A stretch of 63,614 nt of DNA, counting the filler, from Octopus bimaculoides (lineage: Eukaryota), in the NCBI RefSeq assembly GCF_001194135.2. It is 5 parts of 4 records of this genome, joined end to end, with 100 filler letters (N's around TTAATTAATTAA, not from the genome) between each part and the next. Parts side by side here need not be neighbours in the genome. Positions count along the whole stretch, not along the records: positions 1 to 26,743 come from NC_069002.1; 4 more parts are not named here. One strand, written 5' to 3'. The notes below the pieces were generated by a model, which had not been told where the DNA came from, searched no databases, and worked only from the letters and a program-made list of their open reading frames with translations. Of this stretch, positions 1 to 14,030 are shown piece after piece; within the stretch, counting starts at the first letter, position 1, and each line of letters starts with the position of its first letter. The position numbers and the translations under genes are program-made.

Positions 1-383
1 TATATGTATATGTATATATGTATATATATACTTACACATTAATTTATATACACTCGTGCAAAGTCAAGTACATATTTTTATTTAATTTCCTATTTCTGCA
101 TGCTGGACAAAATTGTGGAGCGGACACAGACTGTAATGGAATCCAGAGTGACTTCTGTTGTTTCCATTGCCTGAAAAATATTCGCCTGTTTTGTTATTCT
201 AAGTAATAATTACAATGTCTTGCAGAGATTCGCCTTTGATTTGCAGCCATTTTCAGTATATATACTTTATACTCACGCACACACACACACAAACGCACAC
301 ACACATACATACACACACATACACATACACACGTAAACGTAGATATAATGCGTTTATATGTATACCGTCATACATAATCTTGC

Positions 384-435
<52 letters not shown>

Positions 436-651
436 ACGATGAATTTTGTTTTCATTTGTTTAAATTGGGTTAGTTTATTTATTTATCTATTTATATATTT
501 ATTTATATTTTGTACAATATTTCCTTTTTTTTGGTGTGGGGTGGGGGGTTAACAACCTCAGCATTATTTAGTTAAACGTATGTATATATACATACATACA
601 TTTATGCACATACACACATACATGTATAAATATATATATATATATACATAT

Positions 652-682
<31 letters not shown>

Positions 683-1121
683 TTCATTTATATAATAATG
701 TTTTTCACTCTATATTGAATCATAATACGGTGAGTGAGAGAAGACTAACAACATCGAACCTTTGTTTCAATATATGTTATGATCATTAACTGTGAACTTT
801 TTTCAAGAAGACCAAATGAAAGTCATTAAACTTATCAAAGAAAGAGAAAAACGTTTGAAAAAACACTTATTTATTAATTTATTTGATATAAGATTCGGTT
901 AGTATAGCGTCGACAGAGTCGTTAGGAGCAGGTTTTCGACGAGAAAGACATGAGAGCTCGTTAATGTGTCTGTGACTGTAGGAGTAATAAAGGGAGTATT
1001 GTTTTAGTCGGGGCTAAGCAATTATCATAAGGGGTTTGGTTGATTCTAAACAACAACGCATTTTCCCCATTTCCTTGATGTTTATTTAACGTCTGTATTT
1101 TACGACGATATACACTGGTGA

Positions 1122-1123
<2 letters not shown>

Positions 1124-1198
<75 letters not shown>
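1124..1198. repeat. (CA)n microsatellite at a gap edge
   Basis: Direct reading; representative of dozens of (CA)n, (TA)n, (GA)n, (TATC)n and (TACA)n tracts in the window. Confidence 0.98.
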
Positions 1199-2388
1199 NN
1201 NNNNNNNNNNNNNNNNNNNNNNNNNNNNNNNNNNNNNNNNNNNNNNNNNNNNNNNNNNNNNNNNNNNNNNNNNNNNNNNNNNNNNNNNNNNNNNNNNNNN
1301 NNNNNNNNNNNNNNNNNNNNNNNNNNNNNNNNNNNNNNNNNNNNNNNNNNNNNNNNNNNNNNNNNNNNNNNNNNNNNNNNNNNNNNNNNNNNNNNNNNNN
1401 NNNNNNNNNNNNNNNNNNNNNNNNNNNNNNNNNNNNNNNNNNNNNNNNNNNNNNNNNNNNNNNNNNNNNNNNNNNNNNNNNNNNNNNNNNNNNNNNNNNN
1501 NNNNNNNNNNNNNNNNNNNNNNNNNNNNNNNNNNNNNNNNNNNNNNNNNNNNNNNNNNNNNNNNNNNNNNNNNNNNNNNNNNNNNNNNNNNNNNNNNNNN
1601 NNNNNNNNNNNNNNNNNNNNNNNNNNNNNNNNNNNNNNNNNNNNNNNNNNNNNNNNNNNNNNNNNNNNNNNNNNNNNNNNNNNNNNNNNNNNNNNNNNNN
1701 NNNNNNNNNNNNNNNNNNNNNNNNNNNNNNNNNNNNNNNNNNNNNNNNNNNNNNNNNNNNNNNNNNNNNNNNNNNNNNNNNNNNNNNNNNNNNNNNNNNN
1801 NNNNNNNNNNNNNNNNNNNNNNNNNNNNNNNNNNNNNNNNNNNNNNNNNNNNNNNNNNNNNNNNNNNNNNNNNNNNNNNNNNTATGGAAGTTATTAATTC
1901 GCAAAGTATGTTTTAAATCAAGACTCATCTAAAAAATGTGAATCACGTAAACTCGGAGTTTTGTCTCCATAATCTACCTCCAAGAAATTAAATTTCCATT
2001 GAGGTCTCGGCAAACAACCTCCCCCCTCATCCCCACAAAGAAAGGGGCTTTATATAAAAATCATTAACGTAGCATATGGTTGTGTTTTCAATGTCATATA
2101 CATCAAAGGAAATTTGCGTGTGAAATAGACTAAAGTATTTGGGTATAGAAGTATGAGTGTGCGCATGCGTCCGTCTTCCTGTTTGTGCGTCTATATGTTT
2201 GTGTGTTTTTCTGAGTGTGTGTGTGTGTGTAAACGTGTGTGATTGTGCATGTGTTTTTGTATGTGTTTGTGTTTATGTGGTTCTATGGCAATGAGCGTGA
2301 TTTCGTGGGGGTTATTGGTATGCGTATATGTTTGCGTAAACATACACATACACACAGACAGACAGACGCACACACACGCACCATATAT

Positions 2389-2443
<55 letters not shown>

Positions 2444-3924
2444 GGATGGATGGATGGATGGATGGGTACATATACATATATACGTGTATATATATTTATT
2501 TTTACATATATATATATATTTTACATATATATATATCTTTACATATATATATATATATATNNNNNNNNNNNNNNNNNNNNNNNNNNNNNNNNNNNNNNNN
2601 NNNNNNNNNNNNNNNNNNNNNNNNNNNNNNNNNNNNNNNNNNNNNNNNNNNNNNNNNNNNNNNNNNNNNNNNNNNNNNNNNNNNNNNNNNNNNNNNNNNN
2701 NNNNNNNNNNNNNNNNNNNNNNNNNNNNNNNNNNNNNNNNNNNNNNNNNNNNNNNNNNNNNNNNNNNNNNNNNNNNNNNNNNNNNNNNNNNNNNNNNNNN
2801 NNNNNNNNNNNNNNNNNNNNNNNNNNNNNNNNNNNNNNNNNNNNNNNNNNNNNNNNNNNNNNNNNNNNNNNNNNNNNNNNNNNNNNNNNNNNNNNNNNNN
2901 NNNNNNNNNNNNNNNNNNNNNNNNNNNNNNNNNNNNNNNNNNNNNNNNNNNNNNNNNNNNNNNNNNNNNNNNNNNNNNNNNNNNNNNNNNNNNNNNNNNN
3001 NNNNNNNNNNNNNNNNNNNNNNNNNNNNNNNNNNNNNNNNNNNNNNNNNNNNNNNNNNNNNNNNNNNNNNNNNNNNNNNNNNNNNNNNNNNNNNNNNNNN
3101 NNNNNNNNNNNNNNNNNNNNNNNNNNNNNNNNNNNNNNNNNNNNNNNNNNNNNNNNNNNNNNNNNNNNNNNNNNNNNNNNNNNNNNNNNNNNNNNNNNNN
3201 NNNNNNNNNNNNNNNNNNNNNNNNNNNNNNNNNNNNNNNNNNNNNNNNNNNNNNNNNNNNNNNNNNNNNNNNNNNNNNNNNNNNNNNNNNNNNNNNNNNN
3301 NNNNNNNNNNNNNNNNNNNNNNNNNNNNNNNNNNNNNNNNNNNNNNNNNNNNNNNNNNNNNNNNNNNNNNNNATAGAGAGGATGGTGGAGGGAGGAAGTG
3401 GAACAAGGAGGAAGGGACAGAAGCAGTGAAGTAGAGGCCAGGACAGAGGTATAGATAGAAAGATGGAGGAAGACAGATAGATAAATAGATAGAAAGATAG
3501 ATAGATAGATAGACAGATAGATAGATAGATAGATAGTAAGATAGTCACGTCAGAATAATAGTAGACTTACTTGTAAAATAGGACGTGTGCGTTCAATAAT
3601 GTAATAATACAAAGAATATATATATATATATATATATATTACATATATATATATTTACATTATATATACATATACATACATATGTATATACATATATATG
3701 TACACGCACACAAGCACACACATCCCTTGATTACTTGATCAACATGCTTGGTGCATTCATACTTACATATGACCCTCATCAGAAATCTATCAGTAAATAG
3801 CGTCACTGTGGTTGAGAAGAGACGAAGAGACACAGTGGAGCCGACTGTAACAGTCTTTGGAACAGAGCTGAGAGAAAGCAGCCTAATCTGAAGCGGGAGT
3901 CGCTATCTCAATTAGTCGTACATT

Positions 3925-4460
3925 AAGCACCATCACTAACTACACTCACCGCCTTCACCGTCACCGTAATCAATACAGCTACTAACACGACCACCACCGC
4001 GGCCACTGCCACCAACATCGCTCGATCGTTCACTAACATCACAACCATCACCATCTCTACCACCACCACAACTACTACTACAACTCGCATCATCACCATC
4101 AGCAGTAGCAATACAACCACCTTATCATCATTATCATTATCATCATCACTACCACCACCACAACCACCACTGCCACCACCACCACCACCACCACTTTATC
4201 ATTAACAGCTTCACGATCGCCGGCTTCGTCGTCGCCATCATCATGATCACTCCCTTCATGGTCACAAAGTTTTTCCTTACATTGCTGTCATCATCATCAA
4301 CAGCATCACCATGACCACCAGGCGCACGTACTCATCTGACCGCGTCAGACACAACCACTAACAACGCTACCCGCATCGCCAACACCCTGGTCGTTTACCG
4401 ATCGCTACCCCTAAAAGTAACAATATCAGCACCCGTACAACCACCATCACCACTACTAAC
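3925..4460. repeat. Degenerate (ACC/ATC)n low-complexity tract
   Basis: Direct reading. Confidence 0.9.
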
Positions 4461-4636
4461 CCCGTTTTCCTTTTGACCGGATGGGGAATTTGAACTCGGA
4501 ACACGAAATCCGCAGGAACCGAAACCGCGATGTCTGTTGTCCGACAGTCTGAATGTTCCTCCGCCCAGGGCCCTGGCCCTACATTGGCGCCCGCACGCGA
4601 AATAGCCATGAATAGAGAGAGAGAGACAGAGAGAGA

Positions 4637-4689
<53 letters not shown>

Positions 4690-5163
4690 AAACGGTTAGA
4701 AAGACACCTGCACGCAAATCAGCGACACTATCGACAAAAGCTCGGTCTTATAAAAGTATAAATATACACGCGCTCACGCATATATGCTGGTATACACAGT
4801 CACTGATATATATTCATACATAATGCATATATATATATNNNNNNNNNNNNNNNNNNNNNNNNNNNNNNNNNNNNNNNNNNNNNNNNNNNNNNNNNNNNNN
4901 NNNNNNNNNNNNNNNNNNNNNNNNNNNNNNNNNNNNNNNNNNNNNNNNNNNNNNNNNNNNNNNNNNNNNNNNNNNNNNNNNNNNNNNNNNNNNNNNNNNN
5001 NNNNNNNNNNNNNNNNNNNNNNNNNNNNNNNNNNNNNNNNNNNNNNNNNNNNNNNNNNNNNNNNNNNNNNNNNNNNNNNNNNNNNNNNNNNNNNNNNNNN
5101 NNNNNNNNNNNNNNNNNNNNNNNNNNNNNNNNNNNNNNNNNNNNNNNNNNNNNNNNNNNNNNN

Positions 5164-5760
5164 AGAAGAAGAAGAAGAAGAAGAAGAAGAAGAAGAAGAA
5201 GAAGAAGAAGAAGAAGAAGAAGAAGAAGAAGAAGAAGAAGAAGAAAAAGAAGATGTAAACCTGATGAGAAAGACGATGGAAAGTAAGTAGAAGATGAAGG
5301 AAAAGAAAAAGAGAAGGTGCTTTCTTGGCGATAATGATGAAGAAAAAGTAGAGGAAGAAGGAAAAGGGAGAAAGAAAAGGCAAAGAAGAAGTCGATGAAT
5401 GGCAAGAAGAATATGAAAAAGAAGGTGGAGAGGAAGGAAAGAAAGGGGGTGGGTTGGAGAAGAATAACAAAGCGAGAGAGAAAGAGAAAGAGAGAGAGAG
5501 AGAGAGAGAGAAGAAGAAAGAGAGGAGAAAGAAAATATGAGAAAATGAACGATGGAAGAGGACTATGAGAGACGTGTGAAAGGAAAGAGAGAGGAAGAGA
5601 AGGAAGGTTAGGCAAGTGAGAAAGAGAGAGGCAGAAAGAGAGAGGGAGAGAGAAAGAGAGAGAGAGGCAGAGAATATTGTGCATGAAAGAAACTATGAAG
5701 AGAGGGGAGACGAAACAAAAGAGAGAGAGAAAGAGAGCGCGAGGGGAGAAGAGGGGGTGG
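5164..5760. repeat. (GAA)n followed by a purine-rich low-complexity tract
   Basis: Direct reading. Confidence 0.95.
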
Positions 5761-6635
5761 TATTTATAGTAAAAAAGTAAGGCAAGAAATTGGTGTGGGG
5801 GATTGGGGGATGAGGGTTGCTTTTGTAAAAATTCATGAAAATAGATTAAGAATATGAATTTCAAAATTCTGCATCTGGAATGTAGAATTTTGAGAAGTGT
5901 ATCAGCAAATTTTGTTTCCGTATTCCAGCAGCGGTTACTATGTACACAAACGTTTGGGTGTGCGGGTGTACGTACACATATGTATAAATGTAGATATCTA
6001 TCTTATATATATACATATATATATATATAGTGTGTGTGTGTATGTATATACATATATGTGCGCGTGCGTATGTGTGTATATGTGTGTATGTATACATTGA
6101 TATGTTATATATATACCATATGTATACACCCTGCCGTGCTTCATTCGTTACCTTATGCACACATATGCACATAAGCATATTTAAGCTATGATGAATGATG
6201 TAACTTCAGATCGTGTATGTGGTGTACGTATATGTGTGTGTGCGTGCACGTGTGCGTGTGTGTGTGTGTGAGTTAAACAAACATTATACCTATAAAAACA
6301 ATAATTTGAGATCGAAAAATAACAACAAACCTACACATTCACAGACAGGACTTGAACCACAAATCAAACACTTGCTGGGCGACCACTTTGCCTCGGTAAA
6401 TTTCAGTCCTGAAACGAGAAAAACACACGCGCGCGCTCGCACACACACACGCATTTCATTTAACATGTAAAGTAGTAAAAAAGAAAAGAAATTGATGTTA
6501 TGCAAAATCTTTCTGGTAATTTCTGTATGCTGATCGCAATACAACCGGTTTTTGGTTCGAGTCCTTGTATTGCTACTAACTTTCTGGCTGGAAAAAAAAA
6601 TCTTTTCTAATATGTCGTCGGCACGTTTATTTAAT

Positions 6636-6815
6636 AATAATGGCCAGCAATTTCGATGGAGAATTAAGTCGATTACAGCGACCTCAGTGCTTAACTTGTA
6701 CATTATTTTATCAACCTCAAAAGGATGAAAGGCAAAGTTGACCTTGGTGGAATTTGAACTTTGAACATAAAGACGAACGAAATGCCGCTAAAGTTTCTGC
6801 TGGTTCACCGCATTC
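6636..6815 (-). mobile_element. tRNA-derived SINE family B (Meta/MESC-like central domain)
   Basis: aaaggatgaaaggcaaagttgacc...ggaatttgaact...gaaatgccgctaa. Domain name is from recall and needs checking. Confidence 0.75.
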
Positions 6816-7609
6816 ATAAAAAAAAAAAATTATAAATCACAGCATTATCAATTACTATAAGTAAAGCGAAAATTCCTGCATAAAACAACAAAATTACAGA
6901 AAAAATATAAAAAATATAAATAAAAATCTAGAAAAGTGGAAAAAATCACGAAAAGCTAAAGTAAAAAGAACAGAGAATTACTCGCACCTATCGTGCTATT
7001 TTTATTTTTGAACACTGGAAACTCTCAGAAGTAGAGAATAAACTAAAAACGTTTGTTTGATGGCATCAATTGTTACTAGATTTCCGCCATTTTAGACATC
7101 TATTATTTTCTTTTGTTTTCGTTTTAACTTCAACAATTGTTTTGGTCTGGCTGGACCTGGCTTGTGCTGCTGGTGCTGGCTGGTGCTGGCTGGTGCTGGC
7201 ATAGTCTGGTATGGTTTGATTAGTGAGGTAAGGTTTCAAGAGACGAAACATCATGTCACTTGGCTGCCATTTTGATTTCTCGCTTGACACTTTTTTCCGA
7301 CTCTTCTAGTTTTCGCAGATCAACTTAATCTCTTCTTATCTAGAATGGCAATTTTTCGGGGACTCTTCCGTTTACTAATCTCACCCAATCCAGGACCCAA
7401 CCCACATTAACAACAAGCAAAAGAAAAAACAACAAGAGAACAACAATATAAAACAAAACAAAACAAATAACAAAAACGAAAGGAAAATTGAAATCTAAAG
7501 AACTCGGACGTTTCAAATGTTTGCAAAATCATTCTCAGAAGACATGCTTAAAAAAAAACAATTACAAATGTGTGTGCGTGCGTGTATATACATACATACA
7601 TACATACAT

Positions 7610-7642
<33 letters not shown>

Positions 7643-7713
7643 AACATACACACACAAACACACACACACACACACACACATACACACATATACATACATC
7701 TGTATATGTATAT

Positions 7714-7760
<47 letters not shown>

Positions 7761-7994
7761 AAGTGTGTGAATGTGTGTGTGTGGCTTTGTGTATGTGTGT
7801 GTGTTGTCGGTGGTGGGGATCTCCAAAGACAAACCAATAAAAGATAAGAAGTATATGGATGCCAGCCTTATGTTTATAGCCGGGATGTTTTCTGAAATTA
7901 TGTTTATTGATATACGTATTATACATGCATACTTCCTTGATGTATATACTGTTTCAAGAAATCTACGAGAGTAATAGACGTATGAAAGAGAAAC

Positions 7995-8098
<104 letters not shown>

Positions 8099-8217
8099 TG
8101 CGTATGTATAATTTTAGCGGTAGTGACATGCATCTGTATGAGTATTTATAAATGTCTGTATTGAGAAATTTGTCTCCTTACATTTAGAAATATATGTATA
8201 GATATAAGTGTCTTTTG

Positions 8218-8299
8218 CTTGTTTCACTCATTAACTTGCGGCCATGTTGGGGCATCGCTTTTAGGAATTTTTAGCCGGATGAATCGGCTCCAGTATTTT
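8218..8299 (-). mobile_element. SINE family A 3' tail fragment
   Basis: cttgtttcactcattaacttgcggccatgttgggg is the reverse complement of the tail motif. Confidence 0.75.
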
Positions 8300-8550
8300 A
8301 CTCAGAGACGATGGGACCATCGTAGACTATAATGAATTGAACCAGGTCTTTGTGCTTGCAAAGTGGCCTTCTGAAATATCCAGCCAAAGTTTCTCTGTTT
8401 TATTGTTGGCAAGTCAAAGATTAAAATCAAACATATACATCCGTCCACGTACAGAACCGCATGCGTAGATGCATATATAAACTCACCCACGAGTATGAAG
8501 ATGTTCGTAAGCTTCTGTGTTCCTGTTCGAGGGGTTCTCCATGCATTTCT

Positions 8551-8601
<51 letters not shown>

Positions 8602-9014
8602 TAATGCATGTGTGCGTTTGTTTTTATTTTTAAACATATACAAGTTTCTTCCCAACTCTGCCAGAAGAGTTTACCAAGACGTATCTATATTTTTGGTTTT
8701 GCATTTCATTTATTCCCAGCTTTCCCGACCGTCCATCTAAGGGTCTCCTCCTCTCACTCACTCACTCACTCACTCAACATTTCTCTCTATATCACTCTAC
8801 ACACACAACCATACTCACTTCTCGTGTTCTTTGAACCACAGAAATCTCACTACATACACACACACACATACATACACGTAGACACATACATATACATGCA
8901 TAGACACAAATATATATTTACATATATACTTATATATCGTATGCTTGTATATATATATATATATATATTTATATCTATCTATCTATCTATCTATCTGTCT
9001 ATCTATCTATCTAC

Positions 9015-9066
<52 letters not shown>

Positions 9067-9139
9067 ATATATATATATAAATTGTATATATACATATATA
9101 TATACACACACAGACATAAATATATATACACACACACAC

Positions 9140-9174
<35 letters not shown>

Positions 9175-9221
9175 TATATACATACATATACACATATATA
9201 CACATATGTGCTTATCTAGAT

Positions 9222-9266
<45 letters not shown>

Positions 9267-9611
9267 GCACAATTTTTTCTGTTGTTCCCTTCTGTATTTC
9301 AATCGTTCTCGATTTTCTTCACCTCCAACTTAAGTTTTTCTAATAATACACACTGACAAACATGCACGCACGCACGCACACGCACGTACACACACACACA
9401 CACGCGCGCGCGCACACACACACACGCATACACACACGTTTCTGCACACATTTATACACCTACATCCACGCAAACTCACTGTCGCTCTCTTAATCATTCT
9501 CTTACTATTCTCACTCAAACCGTTCTCTTCCGCTTCAATTTCTTACAATAAGCTAAATCTCTATGCTTACAGAAACATATATATATATGTATTATACATA
9601 TATACATACAT

Positions 9612-9650
<39 letters not shown>

Positions 9651-10234
9651 NNNNNNNNNNATATATATATATATATATATATATACATATGTATATATAT
9701 GTGTGTATATATATGTATACATACACTTATAATTGAACGTATACAAACACATATATATCCTTGTCTTTTTTATTTATCTTGTCCACCTGAAAATAATTCG
9801 GGTCACAAGTGTATTTCGAACCCTTCACAACTGTATTCATGAAACGAATATTTGCCACAGACGGACACGAACATATTTCGCTGTCTTAAGAGGAATAAAT
9901 AAAACTTTGTTGTGTTTTCCCCTCAGGTCTTTCTCTCATGTTTTCTGCTGCTATTTTGGGTCGATCCTGTCGAGCGAGCGCTTGGATTTTTGTTGTTTTG
10001 TTTTGTTATCATCGGCGATGTTAATACTGGTCTTCTTGTTGTTGTAGCTGTTGTCGTCGTCACTGTTGTAGTTGTTGTTGCTGTTGATTTCGTTCTTCGA
10101 TGTCTTTGGCGATAGTTTGTGTCTTTCGGTGGCTTCAATTCTTCAATCTCCCGTGTGTTTCGTAAAATTAATCGGTTATTTCTGCCTCCAAGCCACAAGA
10201 GTTCAACTAACCTACGTGAAGAGGCGCGCGCGTG

Positions 10235-10271
<37 letters not shown>

Positions 10272-10583
10272 ACACATGTACATACACCTACACTTATATA
10301 CATACGTACATACGCACATAGACATACGCGCACGCACATACACACTCGCACACGCGCTTACGACAATACACATATAAACACATCAATGCACACATATACA
10401 CGCGCAAAGATAAACATACGAATATATTTTACATCGCACCTATATATGCGTGCGTGTGTATGCGTGTGTGTGTATCTTTGCACGTGTGTATTCATGCAAG
10501 TATGTATAAATCTCTCTCTCTTCAAATATATATATCTTTTATACCTTTGATTTGTTTTAGTCACTAGATGGCCGCACATACAT

Positions 10584-10633
<50 letters not shown>

Positions 10634-10915
10634 CCATGCGCACACGGAGACACATGTTTATGTATAATGTGTACACTGTGCTGTTAGTCCGACACATTCA
10701 ACACAAAACGTACACATGCATGCCCGTGTACGTATGTGTACATACATACAAACATGCATACGTACATACACATATATACACTACCTACTATAGATACATC
10801 CAAATACATACACATACACACAAATATACATATATATACATATCTACATAGATATACATATACATGTCTATACGCATGTGCGCATAGTTGTATTTTTGTA
10901 ATCTTTTATTTTTTT

Positions 10916-10993
10916 CTTGTTTCAGTCATTAGACTGCGGTCAAGCTGGAGCACTGCCTTGCATTTTTAGTCGAATGAATCGACCTCAGTACTT
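10916..10993 (-). mobile_element. SINE family A 3' tail fragment
   Basis: cttgtttcagtcattagactgcggtcaagctggagcac...tttagtcgaatgaatcgacc. Confidence 0.8.
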
Positions 10994-11351
10994 AAATTTT
11001 TCAAGGCAAATACATACATTCATTAATACATGCATACATACGTACAAATACATACGTACATTCATACAAGCATAATACATACATACATACATACATATAC
11101 ATGCATACATACATGCATACACACTACGCACACTCACGTGTATCCATACGCATATATTTGCATAATTGTACTCATATGTACGTAAGAATATATACACATA
11201 CACACACGTACACACATATATATACATACTTACATTCATATCTATATACATATAAACACAAAGACATTTATATCGAGATCCAGTTAAGACAGACAGGGTG
11301 GGTGGCATTATATTAAAAGCCTGTAGAATCGCTAAACGGATGAGGATGTTG

Positions 11352-11391
<40 letters not shown>

Positions 11392-11821
11392 CAACAGCAA
11401 TAGTAATAACAATAATAATATACGTAATATCCATAAACAGACCACTGTGTGGTGTCTGTGAAATTTAACATTTGAAACCCGATCCAAAATATTAAATATG
11501 ATCTAAAATAAATATGAAATATAGAAATGAGCAAATAAATAAGTAAATAAAATGAAAATTCGTTCAACTTCTGTCTGCCTTGTTTAATATTTCGATCATT
11601 ACCATTTCCCAAAAGTCGGTGCCAGTAACGGTAAATATATACGTTCACCAGGTTTTCAAGAAGCCGCTCATAATTCTGCCAAAGACTCGATAGCAATTAT
11701 TATGATGTGATGATGTTTTATATTGTAATAAGGTCAGGGTTAGATGCAAAAGTTTCGAAAAATACGAAAAGCAAAAAAAAAAAACAAAAAAGAGCAAAAC
11801 CCTACCAAAAAAGTAGAAATA

Positions 11822-12323
11822 GGAAGTGACGAGCTAGAGATAAAGTTTAAAGATGGCTGATTGAGGTGGGGGAAGCGATGGCGGAAACGATTGCTGGAGA
11901 TTGTAATTTGTGTTGTGATTAGTTACAGAGGTGAGAAGTGCGAACTTCCGGTCGCTATGAGGCCGACATATTTTTCCAGGCTTTAAGTGAAAAGGGATAT
12001 TTTGTAAATATGGTGGAGCGTCTTCAACTGTTTTATAAAATCAAAAGAATCAAGTTAATCGTAATCATTCTTTTTTTCTTTGCCGCAGACCTGCCTGTTG
12101 CAGTTACAAAGAAAAAGAAAAAGGAAAGAAAAAAATAATCTCAACTAATCTATCTTTGACAATCCCAAACATGTCAAATTATATGAACAAATTGATACTT
12201 AATTTCTCGAAATTATCCTTTCTTTATCTTTACAGTTGCCGTTAAAAATTAACCACTTGCTTTTCGTTTTCCTTCTCCCATTAAAAGGTAAATTTAAGAT
12301 AATTGAGTCTTGCCGCCATTGTT
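11822..12323. promoter_or_regulatory. Possible promoter/TSS motif cluster (ETS, ETS-CRE, YY1-like)
   Basis: GGAAGTGACG 11822, AAGATGGC 11850, GATGGCGG 11877, ACTTCCGG 11944, GCCGCCATTGTT 12312; donor-like AG|GTGAGA at 11930/11931. Motif evidence only. Confidence 0.3.
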
Positions 12324-12552
12324 GAATATGAACGTCTCCGACTTATTTCTCTGTTGAGTTCAGTTGTATTTTGAGTGAATTCGCATTTTTAAATTTTTTT
12401 TAATTTTTACAGGGATTTGCCTCTTGAGTTGTTCTTCCTTCAATGGCAAAAATGGTAGCGAAAAATTGAATCGGTAGAACATCGGATGATGGGATGCTGT
12501 GCAAATATTTAGCTAAGTGCTTCTATAATTCTGCATTCAAAGCCTATCAAGG

Positions 12553-12889
12553 ATGATGATGATGATGGTAGTGCTGATGGTGATAATGATGGTGATGATA
12601 ATGATGATGATGATGATGATGTTGATGATGATGATGATGACAACAACGCTGCTGAAGATCAAGATAATGATTGTAATAGTGATTTCGAAGATAGATTTCT
12701 TCTATTAGGCGCACAGGGCCCAACAAAGATGGGACAGGTACAATGTAGAGCTTTTCTTTTTGGGAGGGGGAAGGGAAAAGAAACAATAGGGGTGTGTCGA
12801 TCAAAAGGGATCGTAGGAAGGGAAAAAGGGGGGAGTTCGATCAAAAGGGATCGAGAATGTCATTAATAAGGACGACGGCAACAATGAGC

Positions 12890-12921
<32 letters not shown>

Positions 12922-13230
12922 CGAAGACGGCGCTCGTGAGGATTTCGATAATGACAGCAGTGGTGGTCATGCAGATGGCCAAATTGATGACCACGTTGGG
13001 AATAACGACGGCAACAACGACGAAAACGACGACAAAGACAAAGACGATGACGATGACGACGGTGGTGGTGATGATGATGATGTAGAGGAAAAGGTGATGA
13101 CAACAATGGAGAAGAATAAGAAGGAGGAAAAGGGAAAGGAGGAGAAGGAGGAGAAGGAGAAGGAGGATGAGGAGGAGGATGAGGAGGAGAAAAAGAAGAG
13201 AAGAAACAAGACACGGCAACAACAATAGTA
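12553..13230. repeat. Degenerate (GAT/GAC/GAG)n low-complexity tract
   Basis: Direct reading. Confidence 0.9.
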
Positions 13231-13634
13231 ACATGATTAAAATGGTGAGCAAGATTATTGAGAAAACAAATAACGTAAAGAATATTTCCAGTGATTTCTG
13301 TGATGGAACCAGAAAAGAAGTAAAACAAAAAAAAGCCTACGTGTGTGTGTGTGTGTGTGTGTGTGTGTCTGTGTGTATGTGTGTGTGCCAAGTTCGGGAC
13401 GTGACTGTATCACTTTGGTGTTAGAAGGCAGTTAAACCATTGACCGATGATACCAAAACTGGACATAGACATCTCACTGATGACCTTCCAGCATGGCCGG
13501 ACAATAACATTGAATATTAGATTTCGTTCGACCACCGGACACTTTGGATTTGATACGGATCGTGTTTGGACGAGAGTAAATATGTACGGTATGTATATGT
13601 ATGTATGTGTGTGTGTATATATATATATTGATTG

Positions 13635-13818
13635 ACCGTTGACTGAACACTATTCAATTTTTTTTCTCCGTGTTTTTCTCCTTGTCTCCGTATTCTTTCT
13701 GTTGAAGAGCGTAGCTCGAAACGTCAAAGACTTTCCGTATTCCCGAGCGTCATACTAATATATACTTTTGTTATTTACACCACCTGTCCTCGTTTGTTGT
13801 TATTTTTTGTATATTCTC

Positions 13819-13825
<7 letters not shown>
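13635..13825 (+). repeat. Short dispersed repeat carrying the hammerhead-like motif (probable PLE pseudo-LTR remnant)
   Basis: Bounded by (TA)n on both sides and contains the 13694-13730 motif. The PLE link is inferred from the motif. Confidence 0.5.
13694..13730 (+). ncRNA. Minimal hammerhead-like motif (A6U core variant) in a dispersed repeat
   Basis: Stem I UCUUU/AAAGA; CUGUUGA + A; stem II GAGC/GCUC; GAAAC-GUC with ACGU palindrome. Confidence 0.6.
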
Positions 13826-13872
<47 letters not shown>

Positions 13873-14030
13873 TGTCCCCCAACATCGATTGATAACCGAT
13901 GCAGGTGTGTTTACGTCTTCGTAATATTAGCGGTTCAGCAAAAGAGAACGATAGAATAAGTCCTGGGCTCGACTAAAAAGCGCTGCTCCAGCATGGCCTC
14001 ACTCAAATGACTGAAACAAATAAAAGAATC
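13873..14030 (+). mobile_element. SINE family A 3' half
   Basis: aaccgatgcaggtgtgtttacgtc...gatagaataagt...ctccagcatggcc...aaatgactgaaac. Confidence 0.8.

Noticed and set aside
927-940. 14-mer GTCGAAAACCTGCT shared (inverted) with 32533-32546
   Set aside because: Several 14-mer matches are expected by chance in a window this size, and the flanks do not align.
12794-13228. 144-aa acidic ORF (poly-D/E/K)
   Set aside because: It lies wholly in a degenerate GAT/GAG tract that is open in several frames on both strands; no domain or splice evidence.
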